DNA of 64,000 nt from Leptogorgia sarmentosa. Taxonomy: Eukaryota. The notes beneath the pieces were generated by a model. That model ran no database searches. It was not told the origin of the DNA and saw only the letters and a list, made by a program, of their open reading frames with translations. Location: NCBI GenBank assembly GCA_964658305.1, contig OZ210884.1, forward strand, positions 4,340,001 to 4,404,000, in the 5' to 3' direction. Below are positions 48,201 through 60,974 of this stretch, piece after piece. Numbering within the stretch: position 1 is the first letter of the stretch; every line of letters begins with the position of its first letter. A program made the position numbers and the translations under genes.

Positions 48201-51200
48201 CTGAAACTTTGTTATTGATTTTGGGTTGTAACCGTATAGCTTATTTTGTTACTTACTATTATGGTATTATGCAATGGCGCCATATGACGACTCTCCGAAA
48301 TTGTTTCTGACAAATATCCAATCTCTGATTGGTGGGTGCATTCAATGCCTTTTTTTTCGCAACTTGACACGTATATGTATCTAGCTGTTGTTTTGCATAT
48401 ATTACAAATTGCTTTCAAATTCTGTCGTTGCTACATGGTTGTAATCTATATCCTTCACGTTATTGTATTTATTTATTATTCAACCACAATGACAAGCTTT
48501 ATTCCCGAATACATCTATCACTGTAGCTGGTGCCTTAGTGTCTATTTATCTTGCATGCATCCTAATATGGTAGTCTTCTCAAATGTCAATGTTACGTCAT
48601 TCATTTACTACATTGATATTGTCAGCCATAAACATGCAATATTCAGAGAGACTGATTAGGACTGTTGATTTGGACTGAGCCAATTGCAAGCTGTGGTTTT
48701 TTCAGCATATATGGGCTACCAACAGTGCACATATGTTGCAGTGCACATGATTATATTGCATATACCAATATATGTGGACATAATTATATATACGTTTGGG
48801 CGGATTGTATTATCTCTCTTTATATCTTTTTAATTATCTTTATATCTGGTTAAAACATCAATTATATCATATTATCATCTAAAAATATTTGCGTAAATCT
48901 GCAATTAGCAGACATCTTTTCAGTTAATTTCAACGTCCGGTGTAAAGAAGCGACACGTTTACAATCGTAAATCGATAATAATTTTGTGTGATTTTCTCGT
49001 ACAAAAAAAGCAAAAAGAAATGTGTTCGTGACGTAGTTGTCAAGATGTTCTAGCTAGGCAGCTGTCTTTTGCAAACAGTCTGGATCATGTAAACTGAGAA
49101 AATTTGGCACCACTCACATACCATTGGGAGCGTCTTCATTGCGATATTCCTTGTTTCGGAACGACTTCGGTCCTGCCTGTATTCACTAAACTGAAATCCC
49201 GTTTTGATGTCAAGAGAGAATTCGGGTACCGACGATAAGGTAAGAAACGAGAAAAGACAATACCTTAACACTTTATCATTCATATAACGCTATTTGTTCT
49301 AACAAAACAATATGGTATTCTTCGTATGCATTGTATAAAATTGAAATACTTCAAAGTATATATAACATGATTAATTAAACTTTTGTTCAAAATAGTAAAA
49401 AATATATATAATATATTATAACACAAATAAAAATGTCTTTCAATTATTTTTTTTTATTATTACATCTATCTGTTTCATTATGCTAGAATTCTGTTCGAAT
49501 GGTCAATTAATACGCTATTAAAAGTCGCTAGAATGTTTTCGTGCTGTTAAATTCATTTAAAGCGCCTTTTAAATATAAGTATACTAAAATTTTGAATTTA
49601 TTTATGTGATCGATAAGATCGACAATGCCATTCATTTAATAAGGGTGTTGTATGTTCATATTTATATCAGCGCGAGTTGGATGTAGGACCGCAACACAGC
49701 ATAATTATTGTAGTTTCTTGATCTGAAATTATGGCAAACCGTAGCTACATGAGCGACTTGCAACTGACCAATGATTAACGTTGCAAAAGCATGAATTGAA
49801 TATTATTAAAAATTTCAAATGCTTTTGCGACAAAAAAACGTTTTATCGCCGCCATAATTGTGTGAGATTATAATAGGACTTCTACAATGGTCATGCATGG
49901 ACATCGACCGATTCCCACGTTTTTAGTGGATAGTGTCAAATAGTCAATAGAATATCATGTAATATAAACGGGAAATTTGTCCAAAAATGCCCTGAGGGTA
50001 ACTTTCAGGGTATCTTCGAACAATATTGTAGAATAAACCGTGCATGAATTTCGTGCTATATTGGGCTATATATGCCGAGCAGGTATATAAGATTTTTTAC
50101 TTAGTATAATTCTGAAATGGTAAGTATAAATCTCATGCAATTTGTCGCAGCAATAAAGGTCTATACCTAGTTTTTATCAAGGAAGTTTAAAAAACGGCCC
50201 ACGCGTTCAAATATCGCAACATACTAATTTTAGATGCATGCTTGCTCTTCCAAGTCGTTGCGGTGTTAATTTCAAAGTTTTTCAAATTTTTGTTAGGCAG
50301 GCAAAGTTCCATTCGTATGAGAATATTATTCTCAATAGCTATTCAGAGCACAGTTGGAACTCGTACATGTGTAATATTCGCTTGATATAAACGTGCACTA
50401 ATCTTTGATACTTCGATGAAAACCACAAAGATTGTTAGGATATTTTCGCGTTGATTATAATATGTGGTAATTGCATGCCTCATGTGAGATTACGCAGAAA
50501 ATATGACCCTGAATGAACTTGCAAACCAGTTTTGCTTTCGATATACAAGACCCAATCGGGTGCATGAACCTAACTATACGCCGGAAAATCATAGCTTTTG
50601 CCGATATCGTTCGACAGTAGAAACTGGTTTACTGAGATTATCCAATTCTGAAGGTTTCAACCTTTTCATTCTGGGTCCGATTGTATGAAAGGCGTTTAGC
50701 TTAAACGGTGGAGTCAAATATAAAGTCAAAAATATTTAAAGCATTCCTATCCATCTCGTAAATGATCAATCTTAAGTTTTATCAACTAAATGTGTAGTTC
50801 TATGCATCGTTGTTATGTTTAGTCAGAAAAATTACTTTGTATAGTCTGCAGTTCATATTTGTAGTTCATATTTAATATGACCTATTAATATTTGATGAGC
50901 TGTTCGAGATTGCATTGAAACAAATGACAATAAGTTGGCGAAGACGAAGGTGATGGTAAGCCTGAGCGCGGGAAAATGGGAAAATATATAGCATTGGAAT
51001 CCCCCAAGCATGACTTATATTCGTATGATCTAAAATTCGCATGCCATAAAATGAGGCTGAGTATTATTTTTTGGATAAGATTGTATTCCGCACTTTCTAG
51101 ATACAAAGGAAGTTAGCTACAACAATGAGCGTTAGGTGTTTCCGCATTGGATTACAATAAGTGCATGGGAATACTGCCTAAAAATGTTCCAGAACCAATC

Positions 51201-51251
51201 TAAAACTCCCAACTTTCCGTTCGGCAGTCTTTGGTGGCTGGTGTTGAAATA

Positions 51252-52808
51252 AACCAAAATATTAAAATATTGCAACAAATCAATTTTAATCACACCACTT
51301 TGTGAAATAATGTAAAAACTGGCGTTCGCTCTGATTATGCAACTTGCCATTTACGATATTTCAGGGCTGATCATGGGCTCATCATGATCATTGGGCTCAT
51401 CATGATCATTGGGCTCATCATGATCACAAAACAAATAGCTGCAAAATACTTTATTATTAAAAACCATCAGCCAACAACATGCGAAACGCAAAAATTCAAT
51501 CTGGTTTGGAAAATGTGGCTGTACAATGAAATGTGAAATAAATTCACATGTCATGCTATTATGCATGAACATGACATCCCTTATTTCCTAGAATTTTCAC
51601 AAGGCGTTGGTCAACCGAAGTGGTAAGATTTGATACTTCAGTAGGTGTTATCGATGCTGATACTTTTTTAATAGCATTCCAGAGGTCATTCAAGTTTGTA
51701 AATTGCCTTCCATTGCAGTATACTTTTCTCTTGATGATGGCCCACAATTTCTCGATAGGATTTAAATCCGGGCTATTCGGAGGCCAGCCACATCATCACC
51801 TTGTCGTTGTTGAAGCCAGCTTTTTAAGCCATTCAGAGGTGTACTTCGATTTATGCGCGGGGGCATTGTCGTGCTGGAAAATCATGGTTCTCCACAGGGA
51901 CAGAGGCTGCTCCTCCAACCAAGGCATGAGGTATTTGTTAAGGAGCTCGCAGTAAGATTCTGAATTAATTTTAACCCCTTGCTCGACTTTGAACGGTCCA
52001 ATAATGGAGCCTCCTTTGATTCCTGCCCAAAACATTACCCCTCCGCCACCTTGTTGACGACGCATCCTAACTTCGGGTTGACGACCATGGAGTATCCAAC
52101 CGGACGACCAACCATCCGGTCCATCGAGGGTAGCACGGCACTCATCTGTGAACAACACATTCTTGAAATCTGTCTTCATATACCTTTGAGCCCATTCTAA
52201 CCTTTTCGATTTATGAATTTTGGTCAATGGAGGTTGTTTTATTGGTTTCATCACTTTGGCGAGACTTTTCAGAGTTTGGCATCGGGCCGTTTTCCCCATT
52301 TTTGGGACGCCAGCGTTGTCAAATATTGTTTCACTTGTTGCGTGGGGTGTCTTTGCAATCTCAATCTTTACTTTGCGAGTGTCCCTATGGGATAGCCTTC
52401 TCAAATGGCTTCTTTTTGGCGTTTTTCTCTTGCTTTTGCCAGAAAACACAAATTTCTTGATGGTTCTATGGTCACGATTCATATTTTCCGCTATTTCGAG
52501 CGTACACTTGCCACTGCCTAACATTGACGTAATTTTTAACCGATCAGCATCAATAAGATCTCTGTTCTTGCCCATGTTTGTGTCAAGTAAACTAACTTGC
52601 GTAATGAAGCCGGACGCTTTCAGACGTGACTTATTTTGTTTCTCAAGCATATAATTGTTCACAAATATCATTTTAGCTATTAATATTATGCACTGGACGA
52701 ACAATAGATTCTTTTACCACATGTATGTTTACGTACAGCTATTATTTCCACATTGATTCGTATTGTATAGCTAGAACTTCGATTTGCATAATCAAAGCGA
52801 ACGTACTG
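51252..52808 (-). mobile_element. Tc1/mariner DNA transposon, DD37E (TRT)-like, non-functional
   Basis: Right end reads TA|CAGTACGTTCGCTTTGATTATGCAA on the - strand. The inverted copy CGTTCGCTCTGATTATGCAA at 51323-51342 lacks the terminal bases. Encloses a transposase pseudogene and an 18-bp x3 repeat at ~51375-51425. Confidence 0.85.
51559..52575 (-). pseudogene. DD37E-like transposase with two in-frame stops
   Basis: MGKNRDL...HTH...VLFTDECRATLDGPDGW...RRQQGGGGVMFWAG...FQHDNAPAH...WPPNSPDLNPIEKLWAIIKRKVY. TGA TGA near 51793-51798 arise from a 1-nt loss plus a 4-nt duplication. The repaired frame (KxGFNNDKVMMWPP) gives 37 residues between the second D and E. Confidence 0.88.
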
Positions 52809-55076
52809 TATATGCCGAGCAGGTATATAAGATTATTTACTTAGTATAATTCTGAAATGGTAAGTATAAATCTCATGCAATTTGTCGCAGCAATAAAGGT
52901 CTATACCTTGTTTTTATCAAGGAAGTTTAAAAAACGGCCTACGCATGCTTGCTCTTCCAAGTCGTTGCGGTGTTAATTTCAAAGTTTTTCAAATTTTTGT
53001 TAGGCAGGCAAAGTTCCATTCGTATGAGAATATATTATTCTCAATAGCTATTCAGAGCACAGTTGGATCTCATGCATGTGTAATATTTGCTTGATATAAA
53101 CGTGCACCAATCTTTGATACTTCGATGAAAGCCACAAAGATTGTTAGGATATTTTCGCGTTGATTATAATATGTGGTAATTGCATGCCTCATGTGAGAAT
53201 ACGCAGAAAATATGACCCTGAATGAACTTGCAAAGCAGTTTTGCTCTCGATTTACAAGACCCAATCGGGTGTATGAACCTAACTATACGCCGGAAAATCA
53301 TAGCTTTTGACGATATCGGTCGACAGTAGAAACTGGTTTACTGAGATTATCCAATTCTGAAGGTTTCAACATTTTCATTCTGGGTCCGATTGTATGAAAG
53401 GCGTTTCGCTTAAACGGTTGAGTCAAATATAAAGTCAAAAATATTTAAAGCATTCCTATATCCATCTCGTAAATGATCAATCTTAAGTTTTATCAACTAA
53501 ATGTGTAGTCCTATGCATCGTTGTTATGTTTAGTCAAAAAATATATGACCTATTAATATATTTTCTGACCTAATATTAATATGACCTATTAATATTTGAT
53601 GAGCTGTTCGAGATTGCATTGAAACAAATGACAATAATTTGGCGAAGACGAAGGTGATGGTAAGCCTGAGCGGGGAAAATGGGGAAATATATATAGCCTT
53701 GGAATCCCCCTAGCATGACTTATATTCGTATGATCTAAAATTCGCATGCCATAAAAAGAGGCTGAGTATTATTTTTTGGATAAGATTGTATTCCGCACTT
53801 TCTAGATACAACGGAAGTTAGCTACAACAATGAGCGTTAGGTGTTTCCGCATTAGATTACAATAAGTGCATGGGAATACTGTGTTAAAAAATGTTCCAGA
53901 ACCAATCTAAAACTCGCAACTTTCCGTTCGGCAGTCTTTGGTGGCTGGTGTTGAAATATATTCGTTTCGTTAACTTCGGACAATTTGTTATTGCAATTGA
54001 TATTTTGTCAAATATTTTACGAAATCACTAATACTTCATATCATTAATGCAAAGTTGTGCTCAACCTAAACTATTTAATTGAAGCATATAAAAAAATATT
54101 TATTTATATTCCAAACTCGATTGGAAACTTACATATTTAGCACAAAAAATCAATCGCTCCTGAGACCAAAAATAATTTATTTGGCAATCATTTATTCGGC
54201 CACTAGACTGTGGTCTTCTACAGGCACAAGATTAATGGAAATAGCGGGCTTATAACTATACTATCTTAAATTATATTACATATCCATATATAGATTAGGA
54301 ATTTTAATTACGGATAACGGGATAAAAATAAAGTAATTTGCGGAGGCAGCGCTTCTTTGTCAAGATTAATGTATTGTTTTGGTAATGGCTTTGAATTGTT
54401 GTCCGCATCCTTTTTATTTCTGTGTGCCATGATTCCAGTGTTTTTCTTTGTCTATAATTTCCCCTATCAATGATTTCCAAATTTTCAAAATCAATACCAT
54501 GGTCGTTTTTCCACGAATGCGATGCAATATTAGAACTGTTCGAATACGTTTTTACATTCCTGGTGTGTTCTTTCTTCCTGGCATTAAATGACGCCCCCCC
54601 GCCCCCCCCACCCTCGTTTCTCCTATGTGTGATCAGTTACAGTCTCCGAACGATATTTTGTAGATTAGATTCGTGCATGTGTTTTTCGAGTTGCAGAGAA
54701 CGACTCATTTTTTGTGTACTATGCCTTTACCTGACCGCACTTCATCCATATTTTCACTTACACAGTTGAATTTGCGGCTAATTGGGCAAAAATTGATAAC
54801 CGTCTGAATTATCTCCACGTTGGCAATATCAATGATAACTGGAAATGAGAAATTTTCCGTCTAAAAACCTAGGCATCTGACACCTTTAAAAACATAAAAA
54901 TATCAATGGAAAATCTTATCAATTTCGTAAAAAGTAAATCGCTTTAACACAATAATATTAAATGTATATCTTTTAAATTTTTCAGCTCGATCAATGCAAA
55001 GAACGGAATAAATATATTATAGTGAATCAGTGCTTATATTGGATGAGATAATCTAATATAATAGGAACTGGGAAAC

Positions 55077-57425
55077 ATGAATATTACCGAATTCAGACGT
55101 GGTCGACGTTATTTTATGCTTCTACTCGTGGTCGGTTATTCCATGAGTGGCTATTTCTTGTTAACGTCTATAACAGTATTTAATAGAACTGAAACTGTCA
55201 TTCAACGTGCCAATGGCGCTGGCGTTAACGTTAACTTGAAAGAATCTGGTGTAATTGATACAAACAGTCAATGGAGAAAGCTTGGTCAGGCAACATACGT
55301 ATTTACTGCTTATTTGGATGATCGCAATCCAGACTACGTCCTATTAACAGTTTTGGGATTTGATAGCCATTCAGAGCCTCTTCTTAATGGGACGTTGTTA
55401 CTGCACAGTGGTGAAAGACTTCCACTTGGCAAGTGCAAAACGAAAAGAACTTTACACGAAGTTGGATCTGTAAAACGTCTAAGGGCGTATGCATACAATT
55501 GGCCGTTACCCGCTCAAGTTACCAATGTAACTCATTTGAAGGCGATTTATGTTGAACAGTTTCATCCAACAAAAGGTAATTCCATATTCTAATCGCAAAG
55601 ATAAATTTACCAAAAACGTATTGCATTATAATATAGGTCCGTTTGCACGAGCAATTTATTGTGCGATTATCTCAGTGGCCTCGCCAACTAGATAAGTGGG
55701 GCGACATATTCACATATTCATGTTTTGCGCAAATAAATCCTTCTGAAATCGCTTATACGGTCTGTGAACTTAAACATATGAACATGTCCCCTCCCGCACT
55801 TGTCAAGTCTGGCGACGCCACTGAATTCTCTCCTCTCGACGGATAAGAACAAATTAACCAGTGACGAATGTTCTGGTTAGAGGGCACGCACACAGTACAT
55901 TCATCATTAATCCCCTAGTTCGGATCTATAAAAACAAGAAAATCGAAGCAAAAATCGCTAGGCCTTATGACGGCTGAGATTATAGTTAAACATACAAACA
56001 AACTGTTGACAGGAAAGTTTCGTGGGAAAGAAAACTTCTGCCCTCTCATGCCTTACAGTCTAATAACCAACTTACAGTGTATGCACATTTTTCCCATTTC
56101 AGGTAAAACAGAAACAGAAATTGAAATTAGACTTCCAGCACATTCAGCGAAAAAGTTCGGAGTTTGTATAGATTCACCACTATTCGGAAATCTAAAAACA
56201 AAGGCAATTATAGAAAACATCGAAATTAACAAAGTGCTTGGTGCAGAATGGTTTACATTTTATATTTACAAAGCTGATCAAACCGTGATAGAGGTAGTGT
56301 GAATTTTGTTTTAAAGTAAATTAAACTGTAATAGTCTATCGACACAGTTATAGCCCAACCAACATCGATGCATGCGACTAGTTGTTTTTTATTATTTAAA
56401 TTTATAAAGTTTAAAGCCTTCTGAATATTATCGAAATACCTACCTTCTCCACCACCTTGAGCTTCCTCGACTTTCCCGCAAGTGTATTAACTACCCGCGC
56501 AAGTATTCCTAAATTTACGCCTGCACGCATTAGCTACTAATTTCTATTAAAAGCGCAGTGGACGAGGTAGTCGGAATACCAACGCCTTTGAGGGCGCATG
56601 CGCAAGCTAGTAACCGGGAGATAGGAGACTAAGTCCCACTCTCTTGTTCTCTGCAGTGTCAGATTGATATGAATCCAGCTTATCATATTTCTGAGAATGA
56701 TTAACGAAATAGCATCTCACAAGCGTTGACATATATTCCTTGTGTAGGTACTTCACGAATATGCGAGTGAAGGAACAGTTGAAGTCGTCGAGAATTGGGG
56801 AGATGGTTTGCCTAAAGATAATTCCATACCTCATTCTGGTCAATCTTTGAGTATCTACGAATGTGCTTATAGGAATATGCACCGGGTAAAGTATTTAGTT
56901 TATACCGATTTAGACGAGTTCATTGTTCCCAGAAAATCAATAGGATGGTCAGATATGATGAAGCAAATGGAGAATGAAAAATATGGAAGTTATATCTTCA
57001 GAAATGCGTTCTTCTTCGAAAGAAACATTAACACTACAAAAGATACAGGGAAACATGAATTCAGTTTAGCAGTCAATGGAACATGTAACGTTGAGATGCC
57101 GAAATTTTTAACGCACCTATTTCGTTCTCCAAAAGTTTGGGACGCTGGTAGAAGGTCAAAATACATTATTAAACCGCTTTGCACGCAATTAGCCAGTATC
57201 CTCGTACATCAGGTCAGACATAGTGGAAATTACGCGCGGTATGTTGTGCCACCAGAATATGCCTTGCTGAACCACTATCGAAAATTTCGTAGAAACGTGG
57301 TGCCTTTTGGGGAAAATGTGAAAGATCTCCGTATCCTAGATGAGCACACTTTTGCTTATCAAGAGAAGATTGTTACAACATTGAATAAACGTTTGTGTGG
57401 TCTAAAACCTGTCCTAGGCATGTAA
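55077..57425 (+). CDS. Glycosyltransferase family 92 (GALT-1/DUF23-like) type II Golgi membrane protein, copy 1, 455 aa
   Basis: Exons 55077-55575, 56103-56293, 56748-57425. N-terminal TM, YVFTAYLDDR, FGVCIDSPLFG, IIENIEINKVLGAEWFTFY, GQSLSIYECAYRNMHRVKYLVYTDLDEFIVP (DxD), RSKYIIKP, LLNHYR. Confidence 0.9.
55673..55823. mobile_element. hAT-like MITE in first coding intron of GT92 copy 1 (orthologous copy at 61572-61729)
   Basis: TIR CAGTGGCCTCGCCA / TGGCGACGCCACTG (13/14). Degenerate 8-bp TSD. Present in both paralogs, so it predates the duplication. Confidence 0.75.
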
Positions 57426-57558
57426 AACCGATCAAAAACACGAACAAAAAGTAGCCATTTCAATTTCATAAACTCGGTGCAGGTACTTATTAGTATTACT
57501 AGTACTTAACACTAGCGAGTTTAATTGACTCATTCTCAATGACTCATTCTCATCCTTA

Positions 57559-57791
57559 AGCCTGGTTTCCATTAAATCGTAATTGTCGTAAAAGTCGCAG
57601 TGCAGACGTCGCCAAGACTATAACGATTTAATGGAAACGTGAGTTGTGGCGATAATTACGACACTTACGACCAAGTCGCAAGAATAGGCTATTGGCGATT
57701 TTGGCGACAACGACTTCAACGACATTTGTGACTTTTACAATGATTACGACGGCGACTTTTACAACAATTACGATTTAATGGAAACCAGGCT
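57559..57791. mobile_element. PIF/Harbinger-type MITE (233 bp) downstream of GT92 copy 1
   Basis: TIR AGCCTGGTTTCCATTAAATCGTAATTGT.., TTA TSD (57556-57558, 57792-57794). The paralogous site in copy 2 (63457-63470, catccTTAgttcta) is empty. Confidence 0.92.
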
Positions 57792-60435
57792 TTAGTTCTA
57801 CCACTAGTTTGAATTGTACAAATTATTAACATGTAAACCAATGCCAAGGTTGAAATGAAGAATTAGACAACTGATGATTGTCTTGTGAAGGCAATGCTCT
57901 TTATTTTCTATTCATTATTGATAGCGAGCTTGTATAAATTCTATAATTAATAATATGTTTGGTATGCCGTCCATGTTGGAATTTTACCTGGGGCTTGTCT
58001 GTGAAGTTGTTGCAGCAATAGGTGTATGTGTTTTAACTTTTATATAATAACGGGAAATAGAAAATATTTTTTCTGTGTTCCTATAAGTTCTAGAAACACT
58101 TGTGTAAGTTTGGGAGAAACTCGAAATTGTGTGGAATCCCACGGAATTTCTCGTTTCTCCCACGCGTGTTTGTATAACTCTATACAGGAACAGGGAAAAT
58201 GTTTTCTATTTAAGAAATAGTATATGAATTTTTGGGTAGCACAGCATGTCGATATTGTCGAAAAACGCACGCTTTCAATTAATAAGTTGTGAAATGATAT
58301 CTGAAGATCCAAACCGCAAAACTGATTTTATAAAGGAAATTGATATCGTTTATTGAAACAAGGAACTTAACATACTATTGCATTTAAATATTTATAGTTT
58401 ATATAATTATCGCATTGTGGTCGCCTGTATAACAAGCGAAAGGTAACACTAGATTTGAATCCTGTGTGATGATAATTTCTTTATGGGCAAGGATCACAAA
58501 AACATTTAACTGGAATGAGCGTACAGCACAACGTACAGCATGCTATCACGCTGTATGTCACTTTGAGCGTTTTCCCGGCTGGTCAATTACGCGGCACATC
58601 TCGACGCTGACTGATCAAGCTGATCACAAACAGAAAACTGTATAGATCATTTTAGGCACGGCCTATTTAAGGTACGGCTTCTTTGCGCTTGTATGAATGG
58701 ACCTAATGCGCCTAATGTTAGAGATGTAACGTGACTAGCCAATGCGTACTTCATATTTGCAAATCTTTGTTTAGATTTTATATAATTATCTTACCGAATT
58801 TTCTTTGAGGGTAGAATTTGAGCAGTTTCTTAGCAACTTTGCTATCGTATTGCTGAATTCCAGGGCTCGCATAAATGCATGGTACATGCATTTCAGCGCA
58901 GTATATATTCATCTTATTCTCTGTGATAAAATTTTCTTAAAAGTATTTTCAATTGCCATTTAAAATAATTTGTCGTGTTTAAAAATAAACCTTGTTTAAT
59001 GAGACGCGCCGTCTCGTAAACTAATTTGCGTTTTAGGTCTGATAAGGTTGTATGAATAATTGTCGGGCTAAGACGTACAATAACATGTTTGCAAGGACAA
59101 ATAGCTACAAATCATAGGTATCACAATTGAGACTGGCAAATTGTCGCAGAAACAGGTCTATACGTTTTATACAAAGACAGGTTATACCGTAGTATATTAA
59201 ATTTGCCATGGCACAGGATGTTGTAGGGAAACCCACGCGTTTAATTACTAACTTGTGAAATAAAGCCGGTGTCTTTGTGATAGCGATTGGTATCTCTGAA
59301 TTTGCCTCTACCTATGGTGATTTTTTAAGGCAAAGTATCACAGAAACATTTTACTGAGAAGGAATGTAGAACATAAGGTACAGCACAATGCAGGTACAGC
59401 ATGTTATCACGTTTCCATGTCAGCCTGTCATGCAATTACGTCAGTTCTGGACGCTGAACAGGCTGGTTATAACAAGAAAAGTGCATAAAAATGGGCGCTA
59501 CTTTGGATCAATGAGTGAACCGACTTTGTAATTATTATCTATAATATATATACTGTGACTACAGAAGGTGTTGAAAAAATACCTGAACTTTACAAGTTCA
59601 AATTCCAAGTCTTATAAACTCAATATAAATTTTGAGTAATTTGGCGTGAGCTGCAAAATTAGTTAATAAATTATCAAGGTAATATTGGATTTACCGTTAC
59701 GCGTTTAGTTTTCGACAGATAATCACGAAAATCTAAATGCTCGTTCGATTAAAGACGCGCATGCGCGTCTTGGACTAGATCCCAGGATACTCAATTATAC
59801 AGTTTTATTGGCTATTAGCCCTATTGCCTTTCCCGCTTTTATACTCTTATTTATATACTAATACCCTTTCTAGAATTTTTATACAAAGCGCAACGGTTAA
59901 GCCATTGAACAATTCAAGTTTCAAGTAGGGTATTTGTTTGGGTTCAAAATCTTTCCGAAACTGAAAGCGTTAAGATAGAATTGATCTAGAACGTATTGGC
60001 TTTTTTAATGCTCCTTTTCTATTGATTTTGGATTGATACGCTCTTTAACCGTATAAGTTATTTTGTTACTTACTATGGTATAATGCAATGGCGCCATATG
60101 ACGACGCTCCGAAATTGTTTCTGGCAAATATCCGATCTCTGATTGGTGGGTGCATTCAATGCTTTTTTTCGCAACTTGACACGTATATGTAGCTAGCTGT
60201 TGTTTTGCATATCATTACAAATTGCTTTCAAATTCTGTCGTGGCTACATGATTGTAATATAATATATCCTTCACGTTATTGTATTTATTTATTATATAAC
60301 CACAATGACAAGCTTTACTCCCGAATACATCTATCACTGTGTAGCTAGTGCCTATCATCCTTGCTTGCATCCTAATATGGTAGTCTTCTCAAATGTCAAT
60401 GTTACGTCATTCATTTACTATAATGATGTTGTTTC

Positions 60436-60645
60436 TTTCCCTTACGAAAAATACCATGTGTTTCACATGTGGTTCACATGTGGTTCACATGTGGAATTGG
60501 GACAATGACATGTGATTCACATATGATTCACAGGTGAACCACATGTGAACTGAATCACATGTAAAAACCCACATGTGAAACACATGTGAATCATATGTGA
60601 ATTGTTCCAATTACACATGTGAACCTTCGAAAAATCTTTCAGTAA
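60436..60645. repeat. CACATGTG-rich segment unique to GT92 copy 2 upstream region
   Basis: Seven exact CACATGTG plus variants in ~160 bp. The equivalent position in copy 1 (~48620-48890) has unrelated sequence. Confidence 0.8.
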
Positions 60646-60974
60646 ATCTGCCATTAGCAGACATATCCGATCCTTTTGCAGTTAATTTCAACGTCTGGTA
60701 TATAAAGAAGCGACACGTTTGCAATCCTAAATCATTTCCGATCAAGATGTTCTAGGCAGCTGTTTTTCGCAAACACTCTGGATCATGAAAACAGAGAAAA
60801 TTTGGCACCACTCACATATCAATAGAAATGTTGTCAATTTCGTGAAAAGTAAATCGCTTTAACTCAATAATGTATATCTTTTTTCAGCTCGATCAATAAC
60901 TGAGAACGGAATAAATATACTGAATCAGTGCATATATTGGATGAGATAATCTAATATAACACCAACTGGGAAAC

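Larger units (their letters stand above)
50069..53958. repeat. Direct duplication (50069-51251 and 52809-53958) flanking the Tc1/mariner element
   Basis: Both copies start TAtatgccgagcaggtatataag and end ggtggctggtgttgaaaTA. Near-identical apart from small indels. Confidence 0.95.

Noticed and set aside
51620..52654. Plus-strand ORFs overlapping the transposase, and other short antisense ORFs over real exons
   Set aside because: Shadow ORFs with no recognisable motifs or splice support.
50069..53958. LTR retrotransposon
   Set aside because: Direct repeats lack TG..CA ends, no PBS or PPT was recognised, and the interior is a DDE Tc1-type transposase rather than gag/pol.
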